A DNA stretch of 64,000 bases from contig NW_027362767.1 in assembly GCF_046119375.1 (NCBI RefSeq), positions 262,260,001 to 262,324,000 on the forward strand, written 5' to 3'. The translations under genes and the position numbers were made by a program. This DNA is from Phyllobates terribilis (taxonomy: Eukaryota). The notes under the pieces were generated by a model that did no database searches, had not been told where the DNA came from, and worked only from the letters and a program-made list of their open reading frames with translations. Each line of letters starts with the position of its first letter. Within the stretch, counting starts at the first letter, position 1. This document shows positions 27,297 to 36,692 of this stretch, piece by piece.

Positions 27297-28259
27297 CTAG
27301 TTTAAAGCTCTCCTGATGAGTGTAGCAAGGCGACTTCCAAATACATGTTTTCCAGTCTTCGTAAGGTGCACCCCATCTCTAGCAAGTAGTCCATCGTATA
27401 GGTAATTCATCCCGTGATCCAGAAATCCAAATCCTTGTTGACGGCACCATCGACGTAGCCAGTTGTTCACCTGTAGAATCTTATTCCACCTCATTGTTCC
27501 ATGGTCATCCACTGGGAGGATGGATGAGAAGACCACCTGCGCTCCCAATTCTTTCACTTTCTTGCCTAAGTCTTCAAAGTCACTGCAGATGGTTTCCAGG
27601 TCCTTTCTTGTGGTGTCATTTGTCCCCACATGTATTAGCAGGAATGGGTAGTGATCTGTAGGTCTGAAGAGTCTTGATATCCTGTCAGACACATCATTAA
27701 TTTTTGCTCCTGGAAGACAGCACATTTCTCTTGAGGTTATGTCTGGTCTGCAGATAGCGGCCTCTGTTCCTCTTAACAGGGAATCCCCCATGACCACCAC
27801 TCTTCGTTTTTTCTTCACAACATTCTTCTTTCTCCATCCAGGAGGATTCTGAGGGCTTACAAGGTTATTCATTGCTGGCAAAGTCTTATCTTGCTGTATT
27901 TCTTCAAGGTTCTCCTGCGTGAGAGCCTGGTACTGGTTCCTGAGCAGTATGGGTGCTGACTGCCTCTCGATCCTCCTGCTTCTGTGGGTCACATGCTTCC
28001 ATTCCTCTGTTTCGTCAGGTGCAGTTCGAATTTCTTCTCTTTCTGAATCATGAAGAGATAATTCTGCTCTGTCTAAGAACTCTTCACCTTCCTTAATGAT
28101 TTTCAAGGTAGTTAACCTCTCTTCTAGATTTCGCAACTTTTCCTCCAACAGGGACACAAGCTTGCATTTCTGGCATGTGAAGTTTGGCTTTTCCACTGGC
28201 AAGTCTGTGAACATGTAGCAGGATATGCAGCTCACCAAATGGCTCCTGGACTCTTCCAT
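27297..28259 (-). CDS. CR1 ORF1: N-terminal CxxC...CxxC zinc finger, coiled coil, SGNH esterase (likely start at MEESRSH, 28259)
   Basis: CISC...CQKC; GDS, GTND and DGVH esterase blocks; ends RALN*. Confidence 0.92.
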   Translation of the reverse strand: MEESRSHLVSCISCYMFTDLPVEKPNFTCQKCKLVSLLEEKLRNLEERLTTLKIIKEGEEFLDRAELSLHDSEREEIRTAPDETEEWKHVTHRSRRIERQSAPILLRNQYQALTQENLEEIQQDKTLPAMNNLVSPQNPPGWRKKNVVKKKRRVVVMGDSLLRGTEAAICRPDITSREMCCLPGAKINDVSDRISRLFRPTDHYPFLLIHVGTNDTTRKDLETICSDFEDLGKKVKELGAQVVFSSILPVDDHGTMRWNKILQVNNWLRRWCRQQGFGFLDHGMNYLYDGLLARDGVHLTKTGKHVFGSRLATLIRRALN

Positions 28260-28325
28260 GTTCTTACTGTTAATGTTCTGAAAACAGTGAAAAAAGCTTA
28301 AAAAAAAAAGCTTCAACCGGCGCGC

Positions 28326-28580
28326 GGTTTACCAATGTCCTCTTTTCAGCTCCAACAGCCAAAATCCAGTGTTCTTTGAGCTCGCGGAGACTCTTCACTT
28401 ACCCCAAAATGCAGTGGAAATATGCAAATTATCTCCTCAGGACTCCTCCCCTGGTTTACCGATGTCCTCTTTTCAGCTCCAACAGCCAAAATCCAGTGTT
28501 CTTTGAGCTCGCGGAGACTCTTCACTTACCCCAAAATGCAGTGGAAATATGCAAATTATCTCCTCAGGACTCCTCCCCTG
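28326..28580. repeat. two tandem 127-bp monomers forming the CR1-A 5' end
   Basis: 28326-28452 and 28453-28579 are identical except one base (caatg/cgatg). Confidence 0.95.
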
Positions 28581-31402
28581 CTCCTATGTACAAGAATATA
28601 ACTACTAGAATACTGCCCCTTATACACAAGAATAAAACTACTATAATACTGCTCCCTATGTACAAGAATATAACTACTATAATACTGCCTCCTATGTACA
28701 AGAATATAACTACTATAATACTGCCCTCTATGTACAAGAATATAACTAATACTGCCCCCTATGTACAAGAATATAACTGCTATAATACTGCCCTCTGTGT
28801 ACAAGAATATAACTACTATAATACTGCCCCCTATGTACAAGAATATAACTACTATAATACTGCCCTCTATGTACAAGAATATAACTAATACTGCCCCCTA
28901 TGTACAAGAATATAACTACTATAATACTGCCCTCTATGTACAAGAATATAACTACTATAATACTGCCCATGTACAAGAATATAACGACTATAATTATGCT
29001 CCTATGTACAAGAATATAACTACTATAACACTGCCCCAATGTACAAGAATATAACTACTATAATACTGCCCCTATGTACATGAATATAACTACTATAATA
29101 CTGCCCCCTGTGTACAAGAATATAACTACTATAATACTACACCTAAGTACAAGAATATAACTACTAGAATACTGCCCCTTATACACAAGAATAAAACTAC
29201 TATAATACTGCCCCCTATGTACAAGAATATAACTACTATAATACTGCCTCCTATGTACAAGAATATAACTACTATAATACTGCCCTCTATGTACAAGAAT
29301 ATAACTAATACTGCCCCCTATGTACAAGAATATAACTGCTATAATACTGCCCTCTGTGTACAAGAATATAACTACTATAATACTGCCCCCTATGTACAAG
29401 AATATAACTACTATAATACTGCCCTCTATGTACAAGAATATAACTAATACTGCCCCCTATGTACAAGAATATAACTACTATAATACTGCCCTCTATGTAC
29501 AAGAATATAACTACTATAATACTGCCCATGTACAAGAATATAACGACTATAATTATGCTCCTATGTACAAGAATATAACTACTATAACACTGCCCCAATG
29601 TACAAGAATATAACTACTATAATACTGCCCCTATGTACATGAATATAACTACTATAATACTGCCCCCTGTGTACAAGAATATAACTACTATGATACTACA
29701 CCTAAGTACAAGAATATAACTACTATAATACTGCCCCCTATGTACAAGAATATAACTACTATAATACTGCCCCTATGTACAAGAATATAACGACTATAAT
29801 TATGCTCCTATGTACAAGAATATAACTACTATAACACTGCCCCAATGTACAAGAATATAACTACTATAATACTGCCCCTATGTACATGAATATAACTACT
29901 ATAATACTGCCCCCTATGTACAAGAATATAACTACTATGATACTACGCCTAAGTACAAGAATATAACTAGTATAATACTGCCCCCTATGTACAAGAATAT
30001 AACTACTATAATACTGACCCTATGTACAAGAATATAACTACTATAATACTGCTCCTATGTACAATATAACTGCTATAATACTGCCCCGTATGTACAAGAA
30101 TATAACTACTATAATACTGCCCCTATGTACAAGAATATAACTACTATAATACTGCTCCCTATGTACAAGAATATAACTACTATAATACTGCCCCCTATGT
30201 ACAAGAATATAACTACTATAATACTGCCCCTATGTACAAGAATATAACTACTATAATACTGCCCCTATGTACAAGAATATAACTACTATAATACTGCCCC
30301 TATGTACAAGAATATAACTACTATAATACTGCTCCCTATGTACAAGAATATAACTACTATAATACTGCCCCTATGTACAAGAATATAACTACTATAATAC
30401 TGCTCCCTATGTACAAGAATATAACTGCTATAATACTGCCCTCTATGTACAAGAATATAACTACTATAATACTGTCCCCTATGTACAAGAATATAACTAC
30501 TATAATACTGCCCTCTATGTACAAGAATATAACTAATACTGCCCCCTATGTACAAGAATATAACTACTATAATACTGCCCTCTATGTACAAGAATATAAC
30601 TACTATAATACTGCCCATGTACAAGAATATAACGACTATAATTATGCTCCTATGTACAAGAATATAACTACTATAACAATGCCCCAATGTACAAGAATAT
30701 AACTACTATAATACTGCCCCTATGTACATGAATATAACTACTATAATACTGCCCCCTATGTACAAGAATATAACTACTATGATACTACGCCTAAGTACAA
30801 GAATATAACTAGTATAATACTGCCCCCTATGTACAAGAATATAACTACTATAATACTGCCCCTATGTACAAGAATATAACGACTATAATTATGCTCCTAT
30901 GTACAAGAATATAACTACTATAACACTGCCCCAATGTACAAGAATATAACTACTATAATACTGCCCCTATGTACATGAATATAACTACTATAATACTGCC
31001 CCCTATGTACAAGAATATAACTACTATGATACTACGCCTAAGTACAAGAATATAACTAGTATAATACTGCCCCCTATGTACAAGAATATAACTACTATAA
31101 TACTGACCCTATGTACAAGAATATAACTACTATAATACTGCTCCTATGTACAAGAAAATAACTACTATAATACTGCCCCTATGTACAAGAATATAACTAC
31201 TATAATACTGCCCCCCTATGTACAAGAATATAACTACTATAATACTGCCCCCCTATGTACAAGAATATAACTACTATAATACTGCCCCTATGTACAAGAA
31301 TATAACTACTATAATACTGCCCCCTATGTACAAGAATATAACTACTATAATACTGCCCCCTATGTACAAGAATATAACTACTATAATACTGCCCCTATGT
31401 AC
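28581..31402. repeat. 35-36-bp dispersed minisatellite, right arm
   Basis: Same unit as 20188-24304. A 559-bp internal duplication is visible (28746/29305, 28761/29320). Confidence 0.97.
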
Positions 31403-31478
31403 ACTGTTCTCTCGCTGTTTTGCAGGATGCATGCTGTTGCAGTGTATGTATACCGCTTTATCACATGTGGTCACTCAC

Positions 31479-31566
31479 CAGTGCTGGATTTCGCTTTTCT
31501 CTTTTCATCCCTCCCAGGTGGTCGGTAAGTGACAGGTCTTTGATCCAAACTTTAAGAGGTTTTTCT
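31479..31566 (-). CDS. c9orf43: C9orf43-like coding exon 6 (EKPLKVWIKDLSL...NPAL)
   Basis: Acceptor cattttgtttttag, donor GTGAGT, phase 2 to 0. Confidence 0.65.
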
Positions 31567-31687
31567 CTAAAAACAAAATGGACAAACACCTGATTCCATC
31601 GACCTGTATGCTGCTCAGATCCTGTTGATCTGGGGGTGACTGCGGGAAATTCCCATAGTGCTCTATAGCAGGGCACTGCATACTCAC

Positions 31688-31761
31688 CTGTCTTCTGTTT
31701 TCGGGTGGTTATTCTGGGGATTCGGCACCCACACCATGGTCACGTCTCGGCTCCTTGTATC
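31688..31761 (-). CDS. c9orf43: C9orf43-like coding exon 5 (DTRSRDVTMVWVPNPQNNHPKTED)
   Basis: Acceptor ccctgctttcag, donor GTGAGT. RDVTMVWVP resembles human RNMVVLWIP (from memory). Confidence 0.72.
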
Positions 31762-31999
31762 CTGAAAGCAGGGATGGAGGATATCCACCTAAGAAAACAC
31801 AATACACTGTTGGTAGGGTTCACCACTTACTAGTAATTCCGGGAGAGCAGCAACCCCAGAATATGAACAGTTGGACGTAATATCCTGGTGCCCATGTTGT
31901 AGCTTGTAGTAGTAATCACTACCTAGATCCTGAATAACTACCAGATGGAAAGTCACAGCGTGGGGATGGTCAGAAGCAGAAGTGCCACCATCTTTTTAC

Positions 32000-32099
32000 C
32001 TTCTGTAGCTTCCGGGAGGAGAGGGAGGATCCAGACCCCCGAGGAGGTGCTATGATCTCCTTGAAGGAGTTTACACCCGGAAAGAAGATCTTCTCCATA
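32000..32099 (-). CDS. c9orf43: C9orf43-like coding exon 4 (MEKIFFPGVNSFKE...RKLQK)
   Basis: Acceptor ctttgtgttctcag, donor AAG|GTAAAA, phase 2 to 0. Confidence 0.62.
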
Positions 32100-32529
32100 C
32101 TGAGAACACAAAGATGGAAAACATAAAGTGACGCATACACTATGTGGAGAAAAGTCCTGGCCCGCACGTCATAATCACTGAATTCAAGTTCCTCTTTCAG
32201 CCTCGTTGTCCTCCCCAGGAGTTTCTTGGCCGAGCAGCTTCATGCAGCCGTACATCACCAAGCACAATGCTAAGCATCACATGGAGTGGTGTAAAGCCGC
32301 CAACACTGGACTCTGGAGGAGACGTTTTCTGTGCAGTGACTGATCTCACTTCTCTATCTGGTGTCTGATGGCCCTTTTCTGTTCCCCATGACTGTTCCCA
32401 GTGCACTAGCTCCATACAGACATGGAGGGGGAGTTTGGTGGAAGAACATGAGCCGGACCTCAACTTCACCCAACATGTACATTGGTGATTGTGAGCCTGA
32501 CCTCCTACAACATCAGGGTCTGACCTCAC

Positions 32530-32607
32530 AAATGCTCTTCTGGACGAAGAGGCAAAAATTCCCATAATCTTGTAGAAATCCTTCCCAGAAGAGCGGAGCC
32601 ATTATAT
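32530..32607 (-). CDS. c9orf43: C9orf43-like coding exon 3 (YNGSALLGRISTRLWEFLPLRPEEH)
   Basis: Acceptor cccctctgcag, donor GTGAGG, phase 2 to 2. Confidence 0.6.
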
Positions 32608-32746
32608 CTGCAGAGGGGACGACTCCTTATTATGTCTATGGATGTAGATGGTGGATAGAGAAGCCCCCGGAGGGGCAATGTGGAGGGGGCACATACTTTA
32701 CTCCATATAGTGTAGACGGATGGAGGAGTACTGTTCTTGGACTCAC

Positions 32747-32876
32747 CTGCAGGAGGCGGCGCTGGCATACAGGCTCAGTGTAATGGGGGCACCTCCTCTG
32801 TACCCCTCAATCACTCCCCCATCTTGCAGGGTCCGGCTGCTCGGCAGGGTGGTCACACTCAGAGTGGGGAGTCCGC
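32747..32876 (-). CDS. c9orf43: C9orf43-like coding exon 2 ([10 protein letters not shown]...ASC)
   Basis: Acceptor tttatttcacag, donor CAG|GTGAGT. GLPTLSV resembles human KLPVLTV. Confidence 0.78.
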
Positions 32877-32954
32877 CTGTGAAATAAACATTAGGAAGGA
32901 AAGACCACAGACAAATACAAAGAATGTAACTCCGGGTGTCAGTATGTACTGTAC

Positions 32955-33093
32955 CGTCATCTCGGGGGTGATGTCTGGAGACAGACGGGGGCGGCCGGAG
33001 TCGTGGATTGCCCTGTTCTATCCTGCGCAGGGTCACCCAGCACTGTGGGTGCTGACACACCGCTCTGTTACACACAGTCTCATCCAGCTCCAT
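32955..33093 (-). CDS. c9orf43: C9orf43-like (DUF4647-type) first coding exon
   Basis: [28 protein letters not shown] matches the remembered human N-terminus [28 protein letters not shown]. Head-to-head with POLE3, as in mammals. Confidence 0.88.
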
Positions 33094-33132
33094 GTGCAGC
33101 GCTCATTCTATCGCCTCCAGCCTGAAACACAC

Positions 33133-33860
33133 ACAGCGCCATCATCAGCACAGTGCCATCATCAGCATAGCGCCATCATCAGCACAGTGCCATCATCAGC
33201 ATAGCACCATCATCAGCACAGTGCCATCATCAGCACAGCGCCATCATCAGCATAGCGCCATCATCAGCACAGAGTCATCATCAGCACAGCGCCATCATCA
33301 GCACAGCGTCATCATCAGCATAGCGCCATCATCAGCACAGCGCCATCATCAGCATAGCGCCATCATCAGCATAGCGCCATCATCTTCACAGCGCCATCAT
33401 CAGCATAGCTCCATCATAAGCACAGTGGCATCATCAGCATAGCGCCATCATCAGCACAGTGCCAACATCAGCACAGCGCCATCATCAGCACAGTGCCATC
33501 ATCAGCAGAGCGCCATCATCAGCACAGTGCCATCATCAGCATAGCGCCATCATCAGCACAGCGCCATCATCAGCATAGCGCCATCATCAGCATAGCGCCA
33601 TCATCTTCACAGCGCGATCATCAGCATAGCTCCATCATAAGCACAGTGGCATCATCAGCATAGCGCCATCATCAGCACAGTGCCAACATCAGCACAGCGC
33701 CATCATCAGCACAGTGCCATCATCAGCAGAGCGCCATCATCAGCACAGTGCCATCATCAGCATAGCGCCATCATCAGCGCAGCGCCATCATCAGCATAGC
33801 GCCATCATCAGCATAGCGCCATCATCAGCACAGTGCCCTCATCAGCTCAGTGCCCTCATC
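33133..33860. repeat. 17-bp tandem array (GCCATCATCAGCA[C/T]AG[C/T]), ~43 copies, with a 221-bp (13-unit) internal duplication
   Basis: Direct reading. The variant CATCTTCAC recurs at 33381 and 33602. Confidence 0.95.
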
Positions 33861-33949
33861 AGTGCAGTGCAACGAACTGCGCCCACACCGCACCTGCAGT
33901 GTCCCCTGTGCCATGTAGAGAATGGCAGATTATGGAAAAAAATATAGCT

Positions 33950-34480
33950 GCTTGTTGTCCAACCAATGAGAAAGCAGCTTTCATTTTGCCAGAGCAGGTA
34001 ACATGAAAGCTGAATGTTGATTGGTTACTTTGGTAACATAAGGTTTCTCCTTTCTGAAAGCAGCTTTATTGATATATAACACACGCGATTTAATGTATGT
34101 TATTAGGACTACAAACCCCAGCAAGCTCTGGACAGATGATGCCCCCTCACTCTCCTGAGGATCCCACCAGAATCTCGATAATCATTAACAACTTACCGAG
34201 CCCTGAGCACCATGGCAACACAAGACGCCACCACGCCTTCTTTTCTCTGTAAACTCATGTTGATTGGCTGTTCTTTCCCGAGGCGTGAAATGCACAACGT
34301 GACCAAGGAGACGCAGAGGTGGAACGCATTTTTCGACCTCAAGGAGGCGTGGCCTGCAGAGCACGTGGCGTACGGAAGCTGCTTTGCATCTCTTGGCGGG
34401 AACCGAATTATAACGCCACTGTGGTGATTGCTCGTCAGGAACTACAACTCCCAGCATATCTTCTTCTGTGCATGGTGAGA
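33950..34480. promoter_or_regulatory. bidirectional C9orf43/POLE3 promoter with the first non-coding exons of both genes
   Basis: CCAAT boxes (33963, 34020, 34263); ACTACAnnnCCCAGCA ZNF143/THAP11-type motifs (34108, 34441); E-box CACGTG (34362); E2F-like TTGGCGGGA (34393); RFX half-site CCATGGCAAC (34210). Outward-facing donors: GTAAGT (minus, 34196) and GTGAGA (plus, 34475). Confidence 0.75.
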
Positions 34481-34749
34481 CTTGTAGCAGCATTGCGTAA
34501 TCTGAGTAAGTGTGGAGATAATAATGACAATATGTCGGTCATTGTATGGATGTTTACAGTATAAGGGTGAAAATGGAAGGTTGTGCGGTGAATAAACATT
34601 GTACAAGACAATCACAAGAAAACGTGTAAGATAAGTCCAGTGCTGTGCAAATTAATTGGGACAAAGCATTTTTTAAGTAAAATCGTAAGTTGGTTACCAG
34701 TCAGTGATTCAAGCCGGTTTTGCTTTGGACAGCTGTGAGTGTACAACCT

Positions 34750-35632
34750 TCAGGCTATGTGCGCACCATGCAGAAATGCTGCAGATTTTTTCCACATCTC
34801 CCTGGCAGGAAAAACACATGCGGATTTTACATGCGTTTTTCCTGCCAGGTAGAAGCGTTTGTCAAGCGTTCTTCACTTGCATTCCTGCATGCGGGTTATC
34901 AAGAGCTGTTCCAAGAGATTTTAGCATCACTTGGAAAGTGCTTGACAACTTGGTCACACTATATAAATCCATGCAACCGACATATATAGTGTGACCAAGT
35001 AATAGTTGAAAAAGAAGAATGAGAATGGTAAAAAATAAAGATTATACTTACCTTCCGACGTCCTCCCGGTGTTTTCTCCGCTGCGTCCGGTGTCTTGGGC
35101 GGCTCGCGGTGGTGTGAAGGACCTGTGGTGATGTCATTGAGTCATGTGACAGGTCACATGACTCAGTGACGTCATGGCAGGTCCTTCACAACACCGCGAC
35201 CCATACAGCAGACCAGATGGAGGGGAGAAAACACCGGGAGGACATCAGAAGGTAAGTATAATCTTTATTTTAAATTCTTTTTTTAACAGGTTCTATGGTT
35301 CCCAGGTCTGGAAGAGAGTCTCCTCTTCTCCAAACCTGGGTACCATCCGCACATTGAACCGTGTGATATCCGCATGTGCAGATGCAGTGATGCAGATATT
35401 AAGCGATTCAATGCAAGTCAATGGCGGCGATTACGCTGCGTGTCTGCAAAATTAATGGACATTGCTGAGTATTTTTTCGCAATCATAATCCGCAGTGGAA
35501 ATTTCTGCAGCATGTGCACAGCACATGCAGATTATCATTGGGGACCATGGGGCATGCGTTTTTTAAGCGCTTTTGCTGCAGAAATTCCGCGGCAAAAATG
35601 CTTGGAAAAACGCATAGTGGCCACGCAGCCTG
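34750..35632. mobile_element. composite non-autonomous DNA transposon/MITE with an internal fold-back (35043-35260)
   Basis: Partial terminal inverted repeats (caggctatgtgcgcac / gtggccacgcagcctg) and long internal inverted arms. Confidence 0.55.
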
Positions 35633-35639
35633 AGTAACA

Positions 35640-36378
35640 AAATGTGGTTTGACTGGTTTTAGTCAGAAAATAACAGCTAGCTGTCCCCTCAGCTTCAGTT
35701 GAGAGCTTGTTTCTGTGAGGAGTGGTTTTGTGTACTTTTTCTCTGTGTGATTCGTGCCTGTAAAAATGGATGTTACTCCACGGAAGAGGTCTGAAATTAT
35801 TACTCTTAATGAACATACAAGTGTGACTGTAAGAGAAATCGCTTCCACCGTTGGTATTGGAAAATCTACCGGTTCAAGACTAATTCACAGACACAATGAA
35901 ACTGGATCGTTTTCTCCAAAACGAAAAGGCAAATGTGGAAGAAAAAGGAAAACGACACCAAGAACTGATAAAACACTTATCAGAAATAGTAAAATTAATG
36001 CAAGAAAAACAAGTAAAGACCTCCAAAGAGACTTGTTCGCTGCAGGTATTGATATTAGCGATTCGACTGTACGGCGTAGGCTTCTGGAAGTTGGTCAGAG
36101 GGCAACAAAGCCACTAAAGAAACAACTTCTGATATCTCCAGTGAAGGCAAAACGACTCGCATGGGCAAAAAAATATAAATCTTGGACAACTAGCCAGTGG
36201 AAAAAGGTAATTTTCAGTGATGAAACCCATCTTTTTGTTCAAGGGTACAGAGCAAGTGTTGTTAGAAGAAGCAAAAATGAACCATTGCGAGCTGATCATA
36301 TTCAACAAACTGTAAAATACCCTCAAAAACAGATGTTTTGGGGCTTTTTTTACAGCTGATGGTACAGGGAGCTTACTG
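35640..36378 (+). mobile_element. truncated Tc1/mariner transposon (N-terminal ~205 aa of transposase; ATG 35766)
   Basis: Paired-like HTH, GRKRK motif and IFSDE (first catalytic D). After a T7 frameshift it reads [13 protein letters not shown]. No TIRs and no second D/E. Confidence 0.88.
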
Positions 36379-36413
36379 TAACTTGTGTGTGCCTGCAGAT
36401 AGCTTCGGACAAG

Positions 36414-36479
36414 ATGGCGGAGAGACCGGAGGACCTGAACCTGCCCAACGCCGTCATCACGCGGATCATTAAAGAAGCC
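36414..36479 (+). CDS. pole3: DNA polymerase epsilon subunit 3 (CHRAC17), coding exon 1
   Basis: [22 protein letters not shown], followed by donor GTAAGT. Acceptor at 36398. Confidence 0.97.
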
Positions 36480-36606
36480 GTAAGTCTTACCGCCATCTCC
36501 TTGCACAACTCTTCCCCTCCCTGCGCCCCGCGTCTCCCTTCCCTGCCCCTCACTGCGCCATGTGTTCCCCATCACTTATATATATTTTTTCTTTTTCTCT
36601 CTTCAG

Positions 36607-36692
36607 CTTCCAGAAGGAGTGAATGTGTCTAAGGAAGCACGCAGTGCGATCTCCCGGGCCGCCAGTGTCTTTGTGTTGTACGCCACGTCCTG
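36607..36692 (+). CDS. pole3: POLE3 coding exon 2
   Basis: [29 protein letters not shown] (histone fold); AG/GT boundaries. Confidence 0.97.

Larger units (their letters stand above)
24305..28580 (-). mobile_element. full-length CR1 non-LTR retrotransposon (CR1-A), both ORFs apparently intact
   Basis: 5'UTR, ORF1, ORF2 and a short 3'UTR ending in (ATTCTATG)2-3. Inserted in the 35-bp minisatellite, sense to C9orf43. Confidence 0.96.

Noticed and set aside
24422-27651. Plus-strand ORFs antisense to CR1-A
   Set aside because: Typical antisense shadows of a long coding frame, with no recognisable motifs.
20188-31402. MYKNITTIILPP-type ORFs and CRISPR-like ~36-bp periodicity
   Set aside because: Eukaryotic minisatellite with contiguous units, no unique spacers and no cas genes.
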